A DNA stretch of 64,000 nt, from positions 137,578,001-137,642,000 of the forward strand of contig CM069133.1 in assembly GCA_035221665.1 (NCBI GenBank), in the 5' to 3' direction. Below, piece after piece: positions 12,400 through 23,230 of the stretch. Source of the DNA: Okamejei kenojei. Taxonomy: Eukaryota. Both the position numbers and the translations under genes were made by a program. Position 1 is the stretch's first letter. Every line of letters starts with the position of its first letter. The notes beneath the pieces were generated by a model, which had not been told where the DNA came from, searched no databases, and was given only the letters and a program-made list of their open reading frames with translations.

Positions 12400-12530
12400 T
12401 TGTTTAAATGAGCTGTTGAGGGTTTAATTTCAAGTTTAATCTGAAAGATAGTAGCCCCAGCAGTGAAGCATTCCATTTACATTGGAATCTCAGTTTAACA
12501 TTAGTTTGCCGAAGTATCTGGAGTTAAATA
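12400..12530 (-). mobile_element. Ancient Deu-domain SINE remnant (SacSINE1/AmnSINE1-like)
   Basis: aatctgaaagatagtagccccagcagtgaagcattcc..attggaatctcagtttaacatt..aagtatctggagt resembles my recollection of the antisense Deu-SINE consensus; highly diverged. Confidence 0.45.
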
Positions 12531-13244
12531 TGCAGTCGTAAAATATTTCGAAGCCTGGGTTGTTACTCGTGGATTGCAGAAGAATTAAATTAGCATTTAA
12601 TACTCTAGCAGAGAGACAGCACAGAGTTGATGGTCAAAACACTTCAGATATCAAATGACACTGCTAACATGGAAAATTATGAAATTATACAGCAGATGCT
12701 AAATTGGACAATGAGCCTCAATGAATCCTGGAGCATCAGAGCTTTGTGGTTACTAAAAATGAAGAGATATGGGGATTAAATGATTGACTTGCAAAATATT
12801 CAGCAAGACTTTTGATGAAGGATAAAATGATCGATTTTTATTTCCTTTTTATTATTGTGTTGTGATACAGATTAATAGCTACCTATCTTGCCCAAGTGTC
12901 TATTATTCATGTGTCAATCTAGGTAGTGAATATTATCAGGCTAGTTATCTAGGGAGAGGCGGGTAATTATGTATTTTTGAATGATTCATGTTGGCACATC
13001 TGTTTGTAAACAAATGCTAAAATATTTGCCATATTTTTCCATGAAGACTGTGTACCTTTCAAAATTGCCCTAATTTTACTAAGAGGAATGATTGATGTGC
13101 TTAATGTAACTGAATGTGCTCCAATTTAGGTCAATTCCTGTCTTATTTTCCCAAAAGAACCAAACAAACATCTCTTCCAGTGTTAAAAAATGAAGAGGAG
13201 CTGGAAGCAAATAACTGTGGAACATTTCCAATTAATTCAAATTA

Positions 13245-13430
13245 TGGAACGAGCTACCAGAGGAGATGGTTGAGGCAGGTACAATAACAACATTAAAAAG
13301 TCATTTGGACAGGAAATGTTTAGAGGGATATGGGCCAAACAAGGTAAATGGGACCAATGTAGATAGGGCGTCTTGTCAGCAGAGACGAATTGTGGGTCTA
13401 TTTCGGTGCTGTATGACTGGATCCATGACT
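13245..13430 (+). mobile_element. Old CR1 3' end
   Basis: WNELPEEMVEAGTITTLKSHLDR..EGYG, then tail ctgtatgactggatccatgact. Confidence 0.75.
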
Positions 13431-13464
13431 TTAGTTCCAGGAAAATTGGCATGATCATCTTTTC

Positions 13465-13837
13465 TCTGTCTCGTTTGCCGACTGGCCCGCTGCAGACTGC
13501 AGGAGTACGTGCTGAGGGACGCACTGAAGCTCGGTGCAGCCAACGCCAAGGCTCGGTGGGGGAGGGCCACAGTCTAAGGTCCTTCCGCTGCTGGACATGG
13601 GGGGCACGGTATGGTGGAGACGCCCCTCAAAATAAGGGAAGGTATCCCACGCCATTGTGCCACATGAGTGGCACGAGTGGGGGACTGATTTGTGGAAATT
13701 CGGGGAAAAGAAATGTCTAAACTGTATTCATCAATTTGTACAGCCTACGAAAATGTCGGATGGATTTTCCGCAAGGTTCAAGTATTGTATATATTTATCA
13801 TTTGAATAAAGTATATTTTGAAATTAAAAAATAAAAA
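13465..13837 (+). mobile_element. Tx1 (L1-clade) LINE 3' fragment with poly(A)
   Basis: Translates CRLARCRLQEYVLRDALKLGAANAKARWG, the Tx1 ORF2 C-terminus. The 3' UTR ends gaataaagtatattttgaaattaaaaaataaaa. Confidence 0.75.
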
Positions 13838-13945
13838 GTATGTGATATCATACTGCGTTTGCATATTCTGTTGTGCTGCAGCAAGTAACAATTTCATTGT
13901 TCTATCTGGGACATATGACAATAAAACACTCTTGACTCCTGACTG
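13838..13945 (+). mobile_element. Rex1/Babar 3' tail
   Basis: gcagcaagtaacaatttcattgttc..gacatatgacaataaaacactcttgact; same terminus as at 7256 and about 60380. Confidence 0.65.
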
Positions 13946-14679
13946 GATTGAGGTGAATATGACTGTTTTATGACTGACTTTGCACATTGGTGAGGAATGA
14001 ATCTTCAGAAAAACAAAGCATCCAGAAGCAGCCAGACAGAGCACAGGATATTAAAATACACTTGGTATACAAGCTTGACTAAATTTACCAAATGAGCCGA
14101 CAACAGAGGGAATCGGGAATGCTCAACAGCTGAAGGGTCTTGAACATTTGCAATGTTGAAAAACCCACTTTCGCATTGACGCCCTTTCTTGCAAATTGTT
14201 AAGATGTAGCAAAGGTATTTTGTTTTATTTCACAATTAAGCAATTTACAACATATCCAGACAATTAAAACCACACCAAAATTAGTACGATGTATTTCATT
14301 TTCAGCCACAGCAACGTGAAGGTGCGTTTCAGATCTAAGATAAGATAGCTGACTGCAAAGATCTAGTTATCTCTGTGCATGGATTTTAATCTTTCCTGAT
14401 GCTGATGGCTATCAGCTGTGAGATCAGAACAATTCCTGGCAAGCAGCAAGACTCACGAAGAACGCTGCATAGCCAGTCACTGGGATACATTCTCATAAAC
14501 TGCAAACCTGGAGTTAAAAACACAAGTTCAAACTAAATTTATTTTATAAAAAATAAAAAATAAATAAAAAAATATTACAGGGTGTGGAAGACTGGAATGT
14601 ACACATCATTTCAGAGTGCAGTTCGAAATATAACCTGTAAACAATGAAAATTTGTAGGAAGGAACTGCAGATGTCGATG

Positions 14680-15175
14680 TCGGGCAGAGCTATAGTGGTG
14701 ACTCCATTATCCGAGGAGCAGACGGGAGATTCTGTGGCGGCAGACGAGACGTGAGGATGGTCTGTTGCCTCCCTAGTGCCAGGGTTCAGGATGTCACGAG
14801 CCCAATTCAGAACATCATCGAGAGACAAGGTGAACAGCCGGCAGTAGTTGGGCATGTAGGCACAAACAACATCGGGAAGAAGAGGAAGGAGTTCAGAGAA
14901 ATGGGAAGAAGACTGAAAGGAAGGACTTCTAGGGTGGTTATCTCTGGATTGCTTCCAGTACCCCGTGCTAGTGAGGACAGGAACAGGGAGTTAGGGGATC
15001 TGAATGTGTGGCTGAGGGGCTGGTGCAGGGAGCAAGGCTTTAGATTTATAGACCACTGGAATCTCTTCTGGGGTAGGGGTGACCTGTACAAAAAGGACGG
15101 GATACACCTTAACTGGAGGGGACCGACATTCTGGCGGCAGGTTTGCTAGGGCTACACGTGTGGGTTTAAACTAAA
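14680..15175 (+). pseudogene. CR1 ORF1 SGNH/GDSL esterase domain (disrupted)
   Basis: RMVCCLPSARVQD..HVGTNNIG..SRVVISGLLP..DGIHLNWRG; the GDS motif is damaged by a deletion. Confidence 0.85.
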
Positions 15176-15329
15176 TAGTGGGGAGGAGGGATTGACAACT
15201 TGGGAGTATAAAGATGGAGTTGAAGGGGAAGTGGCTACATGAAAAATTACAAAAGATTCTTGAATTAATGGGATGGAAAGCTTGAGAATGGACAACAGAG
15301 TAAGGTCAGGGCCAAGTGCGAGGGGGGAC

Positions 15330-18240
15330 GTGAATACCGAGGTCAAAGTGTTGCATATGAATGCGCGAAGTATAAGAAATAAAGTGGACGAGCTTGAGGT
15401 TCAGTTAGAAATTGGCAAGTATGATGTTGTGGCAATTACAGAGACATGGCTGCAAGAGGGCCGGGGCTGGGAACTGAATATTCAAGGGTATACCTCCTAT
15501 CGAAAAGACAGACAGGTGGGCAGAGGGTGTGGGGTAGCTCTGTTGGTGAGGAATGAAATTCAGTCCCTTGCGAGGGGTGACATTGAAACAGGAGACGTGG
15601 AGTCAGCATGGATAGAACTAAGGGTAAAAATACCCTAATGGGACTTATCTACAAGCCCCCAAACAGTAGCCTGGGTATTGGGTGCAAGTTGAATCAGGAG
15701 TTAAAATTGACATGTGGCAAAGGGAATGTTGTGGTTGTTATGTGCAGGTAGACTGGTGAAAATCAGGTTGGTACTGAACCCCAAGAAAGGGACTTTGTAG
15801 AGTGCCTTCATGATGGATTCTAAGAGCAGCTTGTATTGGAGCCTACCAGGGAGAAAGCAATTCTGAATTTAGTGTTATGTATGAACCGGATTTGATAAAG
15901 GAACTTGAGGTTAATGAGCCATTAGGAGGTAGTGACCATAATATGGTCAGGTTTAATCTACAATTGGAGAGGGAGAAGGGTAGATCGGATGTGTCAGTGT
16001 TGCAGTTGAATAAAGGGGATTATGAGGCCGTGAGGGAGGAGCTGGCCAAAGTTGACTGGAAAGATACACTTTCATCAGGGATGATAGTGGAACATCAATG
16101 GCAGGTATTTCTAGGAATAATACAGAAGGTGCAGGATCAGTTCATTCATAGAAACATAGAAACATAGGAAGAAAGATTCCAAGGAAGGGGCGACCGTGTC
16201 CGACTCAAGGGACTTTCTCATCTCGTCAAAGGGCTGTGACCCCTTGTCCTGGACTTCCCAACATCGGGAACAATAAAAAAATTTTGTAAAAAGAGAAGTA
16301 TAAACAACGTCTATCCAGCAAAGACAGTCCTGACATCCCAGCGCACTCCCTCTATGGCAATAATGTCAAGAGGATTCCAGGTGTGGTCTACCATGTTTAA
16401 AGCTAACACCTGCAGAAATGACATAACTAAAAAGGCAATTTGCCCACGGGGAGCAAAAGATGAGGTACCGGAGGCCTTCAATGCTAGTAAATAGCCAAGA
16501 ATATAATTGTGAAAAGGAGCTTCCTGTTTGCCATTCTTAGTAATAAGCTTCTTTATGTATTGAGAAGAGGAGAAAATTAGATTAAGACCCAATTGAAGAC
16601 TCTAGAGTTTCCCCAAAAGGTGAATTTATTATGGGGAACAAGGAAATTGCAGATGAGTTGAACAGGTACTTTCGATCCATCTTCACTAAGGAGGACGCAA
16701 ACAATCTTCCTGATATAGTAGTGGCCAGAGGATCTGGTGTGACGGAGGAACTGAAGGAAATCCACATTAGGCAGCAAATGGTGTTGGGTAGACTGATGGG
16801 ACTGAAGGCTGATAAATCCCCAGGGCCTGATGGTCTGCATCCCAGGGCGGGAAGTGGCTCTAGAAATCGTGGATGCATTGGTGATAATATTTCAATGTTC
16901 TATAGACTCGGGATCAGTTCCTGTGGATTGGAGGGTAGCTAATGTTATCCCACTTTTTAAGAAAGGCAGGAGAGAGAAAATGGGGAATTATAGACCAGTT
17001 AGCCTGACATCGGTGGTGGGGAAGATGCTGGAGTCAGTTATGAAAGATGAAATAGCCACACAATTGGATAGCAGTAACAGGATCGGTCCGAGTCAGCATG
17101 GATTTACGAAGGGGAAATCATGCTTGACTAATCTTCTGGAATTTTTTTAGGATGTAACTAGGGAGATGGACAAGGGAGAGTCAGTGGATGTAGTGTACCT
17201 GGACTTTCAGAAAGCATTTGATAAGGTCCCACATAGGAGATTAGTGGGCAAAATTAGGGCACATGGTATTGGGGGTAGAGTGCTGACATGGATAGAACAT
17301 TGGTTGGCAGACAGGAAACAAAGAGTAGGGATTAACGGGTCCCTGGTGGGCTATTAACAATATACATCAATGATTTGCATGAAGGGATTCCAAGTAACAT
17401 GAGCAAATTTGCAGATGACACAAATGGGTGGCAGTGTGAACTGTGAGGAGGATGCTATGAGAATGCAGGGTGACTTAGACAGGTTGGGGGAGTGGGCAGA
17501 TGCATGGCAGATGAAGTTTAATGTGGATAAATGTGAGGTTATCCACTTTCGTATCAAAAACAGGAAGGCAGATTACTATCTAAATGGCGTCAAGTTGGGA
17601 AAAGGGGAAGTACAATGGGATCTGAGGGGTCCTTTTTCATCAGTCTATGAAAGTAAGAATGTAGGTACGGTTTAGGCAGTGAAGAAAGCGAATGGCATGT
17701 TGGCCTTTATAACAAGAGGAATCGAATATAGGAGCAAAGAGGTCCTTCTGCAGTAGTATAGGGCCCTAGTGAGACCACACCTGGAGTATTGTGTGCAGTT
17801 TTGGTCCCCTAATTTGAGGAAGGACATTCTCGCTATTGAGGGAGTGCAGCGTAGGTTTACAAGGTTAATTCCCGGGATGGCGGGACTGTCATATGCTGAG
17901 AGAATGGAGCGGCTGGGCTTGTACACTCTGGAGTTTAGAAGGATGAGAGGGGATCTTATTGAAACATATAAGATTGTTAAGGGTTTGGATACGCGAGAGG
18001 CAGGAAATATGTTCCCGATGTCGGGGGAGTCCTGAACCAGGGGCCGTAGTTTAAGAATAAGGAGTAGGCCATTTAGAACGCAGACGAGGAACCACTTTTT
18101 CTCACGGAGAGTTGTTAGCCTGTGGAATTCTCTGCCTCAGAGGGCAGTGGAGGCCGGTTCTCTGGATACTTTCAAGAGGGAGCTAGATCGGGCTCTTAAA
18201 GATAGCGGAGTCAGGGGATATGGGGAGAAGGCAGGAACAG
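15330..18240 (+). pseudogene. CR1 ORF2 (APE endonuclease plus reverse transcriptase), with frameshifts and stops
   Basis: NARSIRNK..ITETWL; LGGSDHN; KSPGPDGLHP; NYRPVSLTS; [13 protein letters not shown]; RPHLEYC. Confidence 0.92.
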
Positions 18241-18679
18241 GGTACTGATTGGGGATGATCAGCCATGCAATGATCAGCCATTGAATGGCGGTGCTGGCTC
18301 GAAGGGCCAAATGGCCTGCTCCTGCACCTATTGTCTATTGTCATGCTGGCTTCTGAAGAAGGGTCGACTGAAGAAAGGTCGACTATTCCTTTTATCCAGA
18401 TGCTGTCTGACCCGAGTTACTCCAGCTTTCGGTGTCTGATTTCTGTGTTCTGTTTCTCTGACTGAAGCATTATTGTGCTTGTCATACTCTTTTTAAAATT
18501 ATTTAAAAAAAATAAATAAATAAAATGTGCCGTCAGGTTTCTTGTTATAATTGAGCAAGGTTAGCTTTACTATAATGAGACGTGTAATACCATTTTGGAG
18601 GCCTTAAGAACTTGAGTATATAATCTCCAACTGTAAATTCAGTGAGCTTTTCATTGAATCACTAGGTTGTGAATGTCAC

Positions 18680-19470
18680 TAGCATGGCTGACATTTATTG
18701 TGTGTCCCTAATTGCCCTGGAGTAGATTGAGCTGTGATGATCCTGTCAACTCTGCAGTTCATCTGGAGAAGATATTCCCACATTGCTGTTATGGCAATAG
18801 ACAATAGGTGCAGGAGTAGGCCAATCGGCCCTTTGAGCCAGCACCGCCATTCAATGTGATCATGGCTGATCATCCCCAATCAGTACCCCGTTCCTGCCTT
18901 CTCCCCATATCCCCTGACTCTGCTATTTTTAAGACTCACCACTCTCTGTGAGGAAAAAGTGTTTCCTCGTCTCCGTTCTGAATGGCTTACTCCTTATTCT
19001 TAAACTGTGGCCCCTGGTTCTGGACTCCCCCAACATCGGGAACATGTTTCCTGCCTCTAGCGTGTCCATGCCCTTAACAATCTTATATGTTTCAAGTATC
19101 ATATATCTTATATGTTAAGTAGGGAGTTCCAAGATTTGCATGAAAGAATGAGAGTCGAGATCCAGCATGACTTGGCGGGCTACTTGCAGGTGAAAGTGTT
19201 CCCATGTGCCTTCCTCCTTATTCTTCTTGGTGGCACTGCCATGGGTTTGGGGAATGCTGCCGGAACAAACAAGCCCAGTGGATGTTGTGTAGATGGGATA
19301 TATTGCAGATCTGGCGTACAGGTGACAGTGGTAGTAATTGGTTTTGCTGATCAGTGGGTTCGTTTGTCCTGTTGCAACTCGACTCCATTCTTAATATCGT
19401 CCATGTTGCTTAGTTTGTTTGTGGATGAGTGTCTTGAAGTGAGTGCCTGTATTGGAAAGATGCAATACTG
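18680..19470 (-). mobile_element. Old LINE-derived repeat (probably CR1/L2 group), split by CR1 at 18796-19095
   Basis: catttattgtgtgtccctaattgccctggag...cacattgctgtta|agtagggagttccaagattt resembles a common elasmobranch repeat; the family is uncertain. Confidence 0.4.
18796..19095 (-). mobile_element. CR1 3' end
   Basis: caatagacaataggtgcaggagtaggcc...ccccaacatcgggaacatgtttcctgcc; same subfamily as 14674-18342. Confidence 0.9.
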
Positions 19471-20129
19471 AATTAATGCTTCCATTAATTGCAGAATAAG
19501 CAAGATGAAAAATGCATTAAAAATCACTTTAATGACAATGCTTGAGATTATTGAGCTGAATTCTTTATTTGTGAATACAAAGTGGGTTATAAGTGTATGT
19601 GAGTGTTTCAGAAAGGTATGGGGGAAAAAAAACAAATTTAATTCTGGGCAGTGAAAAACGAAATAGTGTAAAACTAAAGGGACTCAATATAATGGAAATG
19701 ATTGATTGCAGTGGCAAGGTTAGTACACATCTATTGACAATTGGATAATTGCAGTTGCAATTCAATCCGACTTGTTTGTATACTTACTGCTGGCTTTTAA
19801 GTAATTGGCTGCAAAATTCAGCTCTGAGTCACCTGCTATTTGGATACTCGAGCTACTGATTTGGTGCTAATTTCATATGAATTGCAGGATAGGTGCAGCC
19901 TGCCATATTGGATCAGAGCACCTTTCAGAGTGCACCTTCTCTGTTACCATACCCATGCCAATACGATTGTTGGTGCTGGATGTTCAACGTTGGGAATTCT
20001 CCAGGTTTGGCCTTGAGTCGAGCACAAATTTCATGAAAATTCCTGGAGCTTTGGCTTGAAGTCCAATTCCTGTAATCAAATTCCCAGGGAGCAATGTGGG
20101 GTGACTTGAGGGCTTTGGATAATTTATTA

Positions 20130-20520
20130 TCATTATAAGGATTGGGAGCAGAAGTAGGCTATCTAACCTTTTTTGCTGGCTCCATCCTTCAACATTATGG
20201 CTAACTTACCTCTGCTCCATTTTCAACCTTATCCCCAAATCTTGCATATCTAGAAATGTATTTTAGTCCACAACACCTCTTGAGTAAAGCATTCCAAAGG
20301 TTCAATAAAATTACCAGTCTCAAATAGCCTATCCTTTAACCCAAAATTGTGTCCTGGATCCAGACTTCTCGTTTAGTGGTATAATTTCTCTCCCTGCATC
20401 CAGCCTGTCAAGCCTGATAAGTATGTTGTAATCTCAATGAGATCACCTCTCATTCTTCTAATTTCTGGACTATACTGTCCAACTCTACTCAATATCTCCT
20501 GATTTGGCCAACATTCTATC
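20130..20520 (-). mobile_element. Old CR1 3' fragment
   Basis: Minus-strand translation RVGQYSPEIRRMRGDLIE, plus remnants of the 3' UTR. Confidence 0.65.
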
Positions 20521-21049
20521 TTAGTCCATCGCAGGCTCGTTTCCATCCATTTAGTAAATTCTCCCACAGGCGAGCCTGCATCATGGGCTGCGTTCCTGAA
20601 AAATGTATTGCATTTTTATTTCCTGTCACACCAAGCTGCATCATCTGTGCATGCATCGAGAAATGCAAATTAAGAAAATGTACATTTTGTGATTATGGTT
20701 TTTTTTTTTGTTTATAATTCACGAGAACAAATTTTATTGCTGAGGTCAAATCTTTGGGTGGTAATTTCTGAATCACTATTTAAGAAACGCTGTGTTTTTC
20801 TCATTCATTTATCAAAGTGGATGACCTCCGTTTCATATTCTGCTTGGTTTACTGTCATTTACGCCAGCGTGCAAGGCTAAACTGTATACATACTGTAATG
20901 GCAAAGCAACAATAAATGCAAGGATGGATGCAAAACAGCATCATGAAGCGAACATGGCAATGCAACCTGAAGTAGCGGAACAAAAACCGTGAAGTACGAT
21001 ATCAGAATAATCGAGTGAGATTGCGTTAAGAGAAAGCGTGCATGCAAAC

Positions 21050-21420
21050 TTAAGGGAGTGTGAAGGAGGCGACTAGTTCGGGTATCTGGTCGCAGTGGGG
21101 AAGAAGCTGGTAAGTGTACAAGTGGGCATGCGAGCTCCTGTATCCTCTCCCTGAGGGAGAAGAATTCAAAGGGAATGGCCAGGGTTGCAGGCATCCCGAT
21201 GCAGCACACAATGGATTGGATGTAAGAAAATGACAGCCTGTGATTGATGGTGCTGTGCACACCATTCACCGCAGCTTCAGATGGCTCGGGGCACTTGTGG
21301 CTGCTGCCATCCTTGGCTGAGATGCATCCCATCAGAATAGTTTCTACAGTGCATCTGTGAAGGTTTGAGGGAATCCTCGTGGACATGCCAAATGTCTAAG
21401 GAAGTAATTGGGCTGATGTG
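21050..21420 (-). mobile_element. Rex1/Babar ORF C-terminal fragment (old)
   Basis: NLHRCTVETILMGCIS; FSPSGRGYRS; TSFFP motifs. Confidence 0.7.
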
Positions 21421-21609
21421 CTTTTTTTTATCACCAGATCACTCTGAAGGGACCAGGTTGGGTTGCTGACGAGGACCGCGAATCTGTCAGCCATGTCTGT
21501 TGCTGAGAACCCTTCTTATCTTCCTCCTAACTATTCCACTTGTGATATCATCACCACCACAAATGCACCCTGGTCTCTATGAAGGCAAGCATGTCAAATG
21601 CCCTTTTCA

Positions 21610-22380
21610 TTTGGGCGTTGAGTACAGGAGTTGGAACCTCGTGTCACAACTGTACGAGGGCCACACTTGGAGTATTGTGTGTATTTCTGGTCTCCCGGCT
21701 GAGGGAAGGATTGTATTAAGCAGTGAAGGGTGCAGAGATGATTTACGAGGATGTTAGCGGACTGGAGAGCTCGATATGCAGGAGAAGCTGGATAACCTGA
21801 GACTTTTATCCTGAAGGTTACACAAAAAGCTGGAGAAACTCAGCGGGTGCAGCAGCATCTAAGGAGCGAAGGAGATAGGCGACGTTTCAGTCGCTCCTTA
21901 GATGCTGCTGCACCCGCTGAGTTTCTCCAGCTTTTTGTGTAACCCTCGATTCTCCAGCATCTGCAGTTCCTTCTTTAACACTTTTATCCTGAAACTTGGC
22001 AGAATGAGGCTGACTTTTATGGAAGTAGATAAAATGTTGAGGAGCATAGATAGAAACATAGTAACATAGATAAGATGAATAGTTAGTCTCTTTCCCAGGG
22101 TAGGGGTGTATAAACATAGTGTCGTTTTCAGATCGGGGGAAAGATTTCAACACAACCTGACGGACACCATTTTTCACACATTATGTGCCCTGTATATGGT
22201 ACAAGTTTCTGGAAGAAGCTGTTAAGGTGGATGCATATACAATGCTTAAAATAAATGTTGACAAGTATATGGCGAGGAAAGGTTCAGAGGGTTAAGATTC
22301 GAATGCCAGCAAATGGTATTGGGCTAAGATTGACAAATTGATCAGCATATATGAGTTGGACAGTGCTACATGACTCCATG
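21610..22380 (+). mobile_element. Old CR1 3' fragment, split by a PLE fold-back element
   Basis: GVEYRSW..RPHLEYCV-like; gatttacgaggatgtt; terminus gtgctacatgactccatg. Confidence 0.7.
21816..21979 (+). mobile_element. Fold-back Penelope pLTR derivative with 14-bp TSD
   Basis: Perfect 54-bp inverted repeat at 21816-21869 and 21891-21944; PLE end ccagcatctgcagttccttct; TSD ACTTTTATCCTGAA at 21802-21815 and 21980-21993. Confidence 0.88.
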
Positions 22381-23230
22381 GTAGATTTATCAAACGTGGA
22401 GCATCCTCAGTGTTTCATGGGGCGTGCTTCTTTTTGTGTTCCAATGAGAGTTGATGCTGTGTGATATTCATGCTGCATGGTGCAATAGAGCTGCAAGCTG
22501 CTTCTGGTGATATCTTGTGGTTGGAGTGTTTTACTATACCTAAAAGTTGAATGTTGGGCTTCCATTATCTGCATTCAATTGTTAGACTGCAGAATTCTCT
22601 GTTAAAAGCAAAAGTCTACAGGAGCAATCCATCTGAAATAGAACTGGAGCCACTCATGTCAGGCAGCATCTGTCGTGAGTGAGATGGAGTTGACCTTTTA
22701 CACAGATTGCAGGTTAGTTTGTCTCCATGGTAAAACGTCATGTAATAAGTGACTATTCTGAATGTCCACGTTGAGAGACAACTCGTGTTTAAACACGCCT
22801 AATAATTTTACATTCGGATATTTTAAATCCACTATTTTGTATTGAACAATGTTCAAACCTACTCGGTGAAATTGGTTGTATATTATATATGGTTTGGTTT
22901 CATCAGTCTTAGTCTGACATAATTGTCAAACAATTTGTGAACCGTGTGTTTCAATATCAGTGAACAAAATACATAGTGGGAAATCGGGGCTTTGTTGCGA
23001 ACTGCACAATCTGCCATTATCCTCCCGGGAGTGCGACTGAATGAATCACAAACATCCAATGGCCTGACACACTGCAGATGCTGGAAATGTAAACCAGCAA
23101 CAGAAAATGATGGAAGTATTTACAGTAGCACATCAGGGTGTGTCTGTGGGGAAACAGGATCAGTGTTTGAGTTCAGCTGCCTGACCTGCTCAGAAATTCT
23201 GACACCTTGTATTTCTTGTTGGCCATGCAG

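Larger units (their letters stand above)
14674..18342 (+). mobile_element. Near full-length CR1 (HER1-type) LINE: ORF1 esterase plus ORF2 APE-RT, degenerate
   Basis: ORF1, APE and RT motifs occur in order; tail ctattgtctattgtc. ATG is duplicated at 14671-14673 and 18343-18345, within a PLE terminus (ggaactgcagATGctgg). Confidence 0.95.

Noticed and set aside
14450-14520. Possible small minus-strand exon (tttttaactccag...gtgagt)
   Set aside because: About 50 nt with an unrecognisable peptide; such signals are expected by chance.
19780-20075. Minus-strand segment with plausible splice acceptor and GTAAGT donor
   Set aside because: All three frames contain stops and there is no recognisable protein; a non-coding exon cannot be supported from sequence alone.
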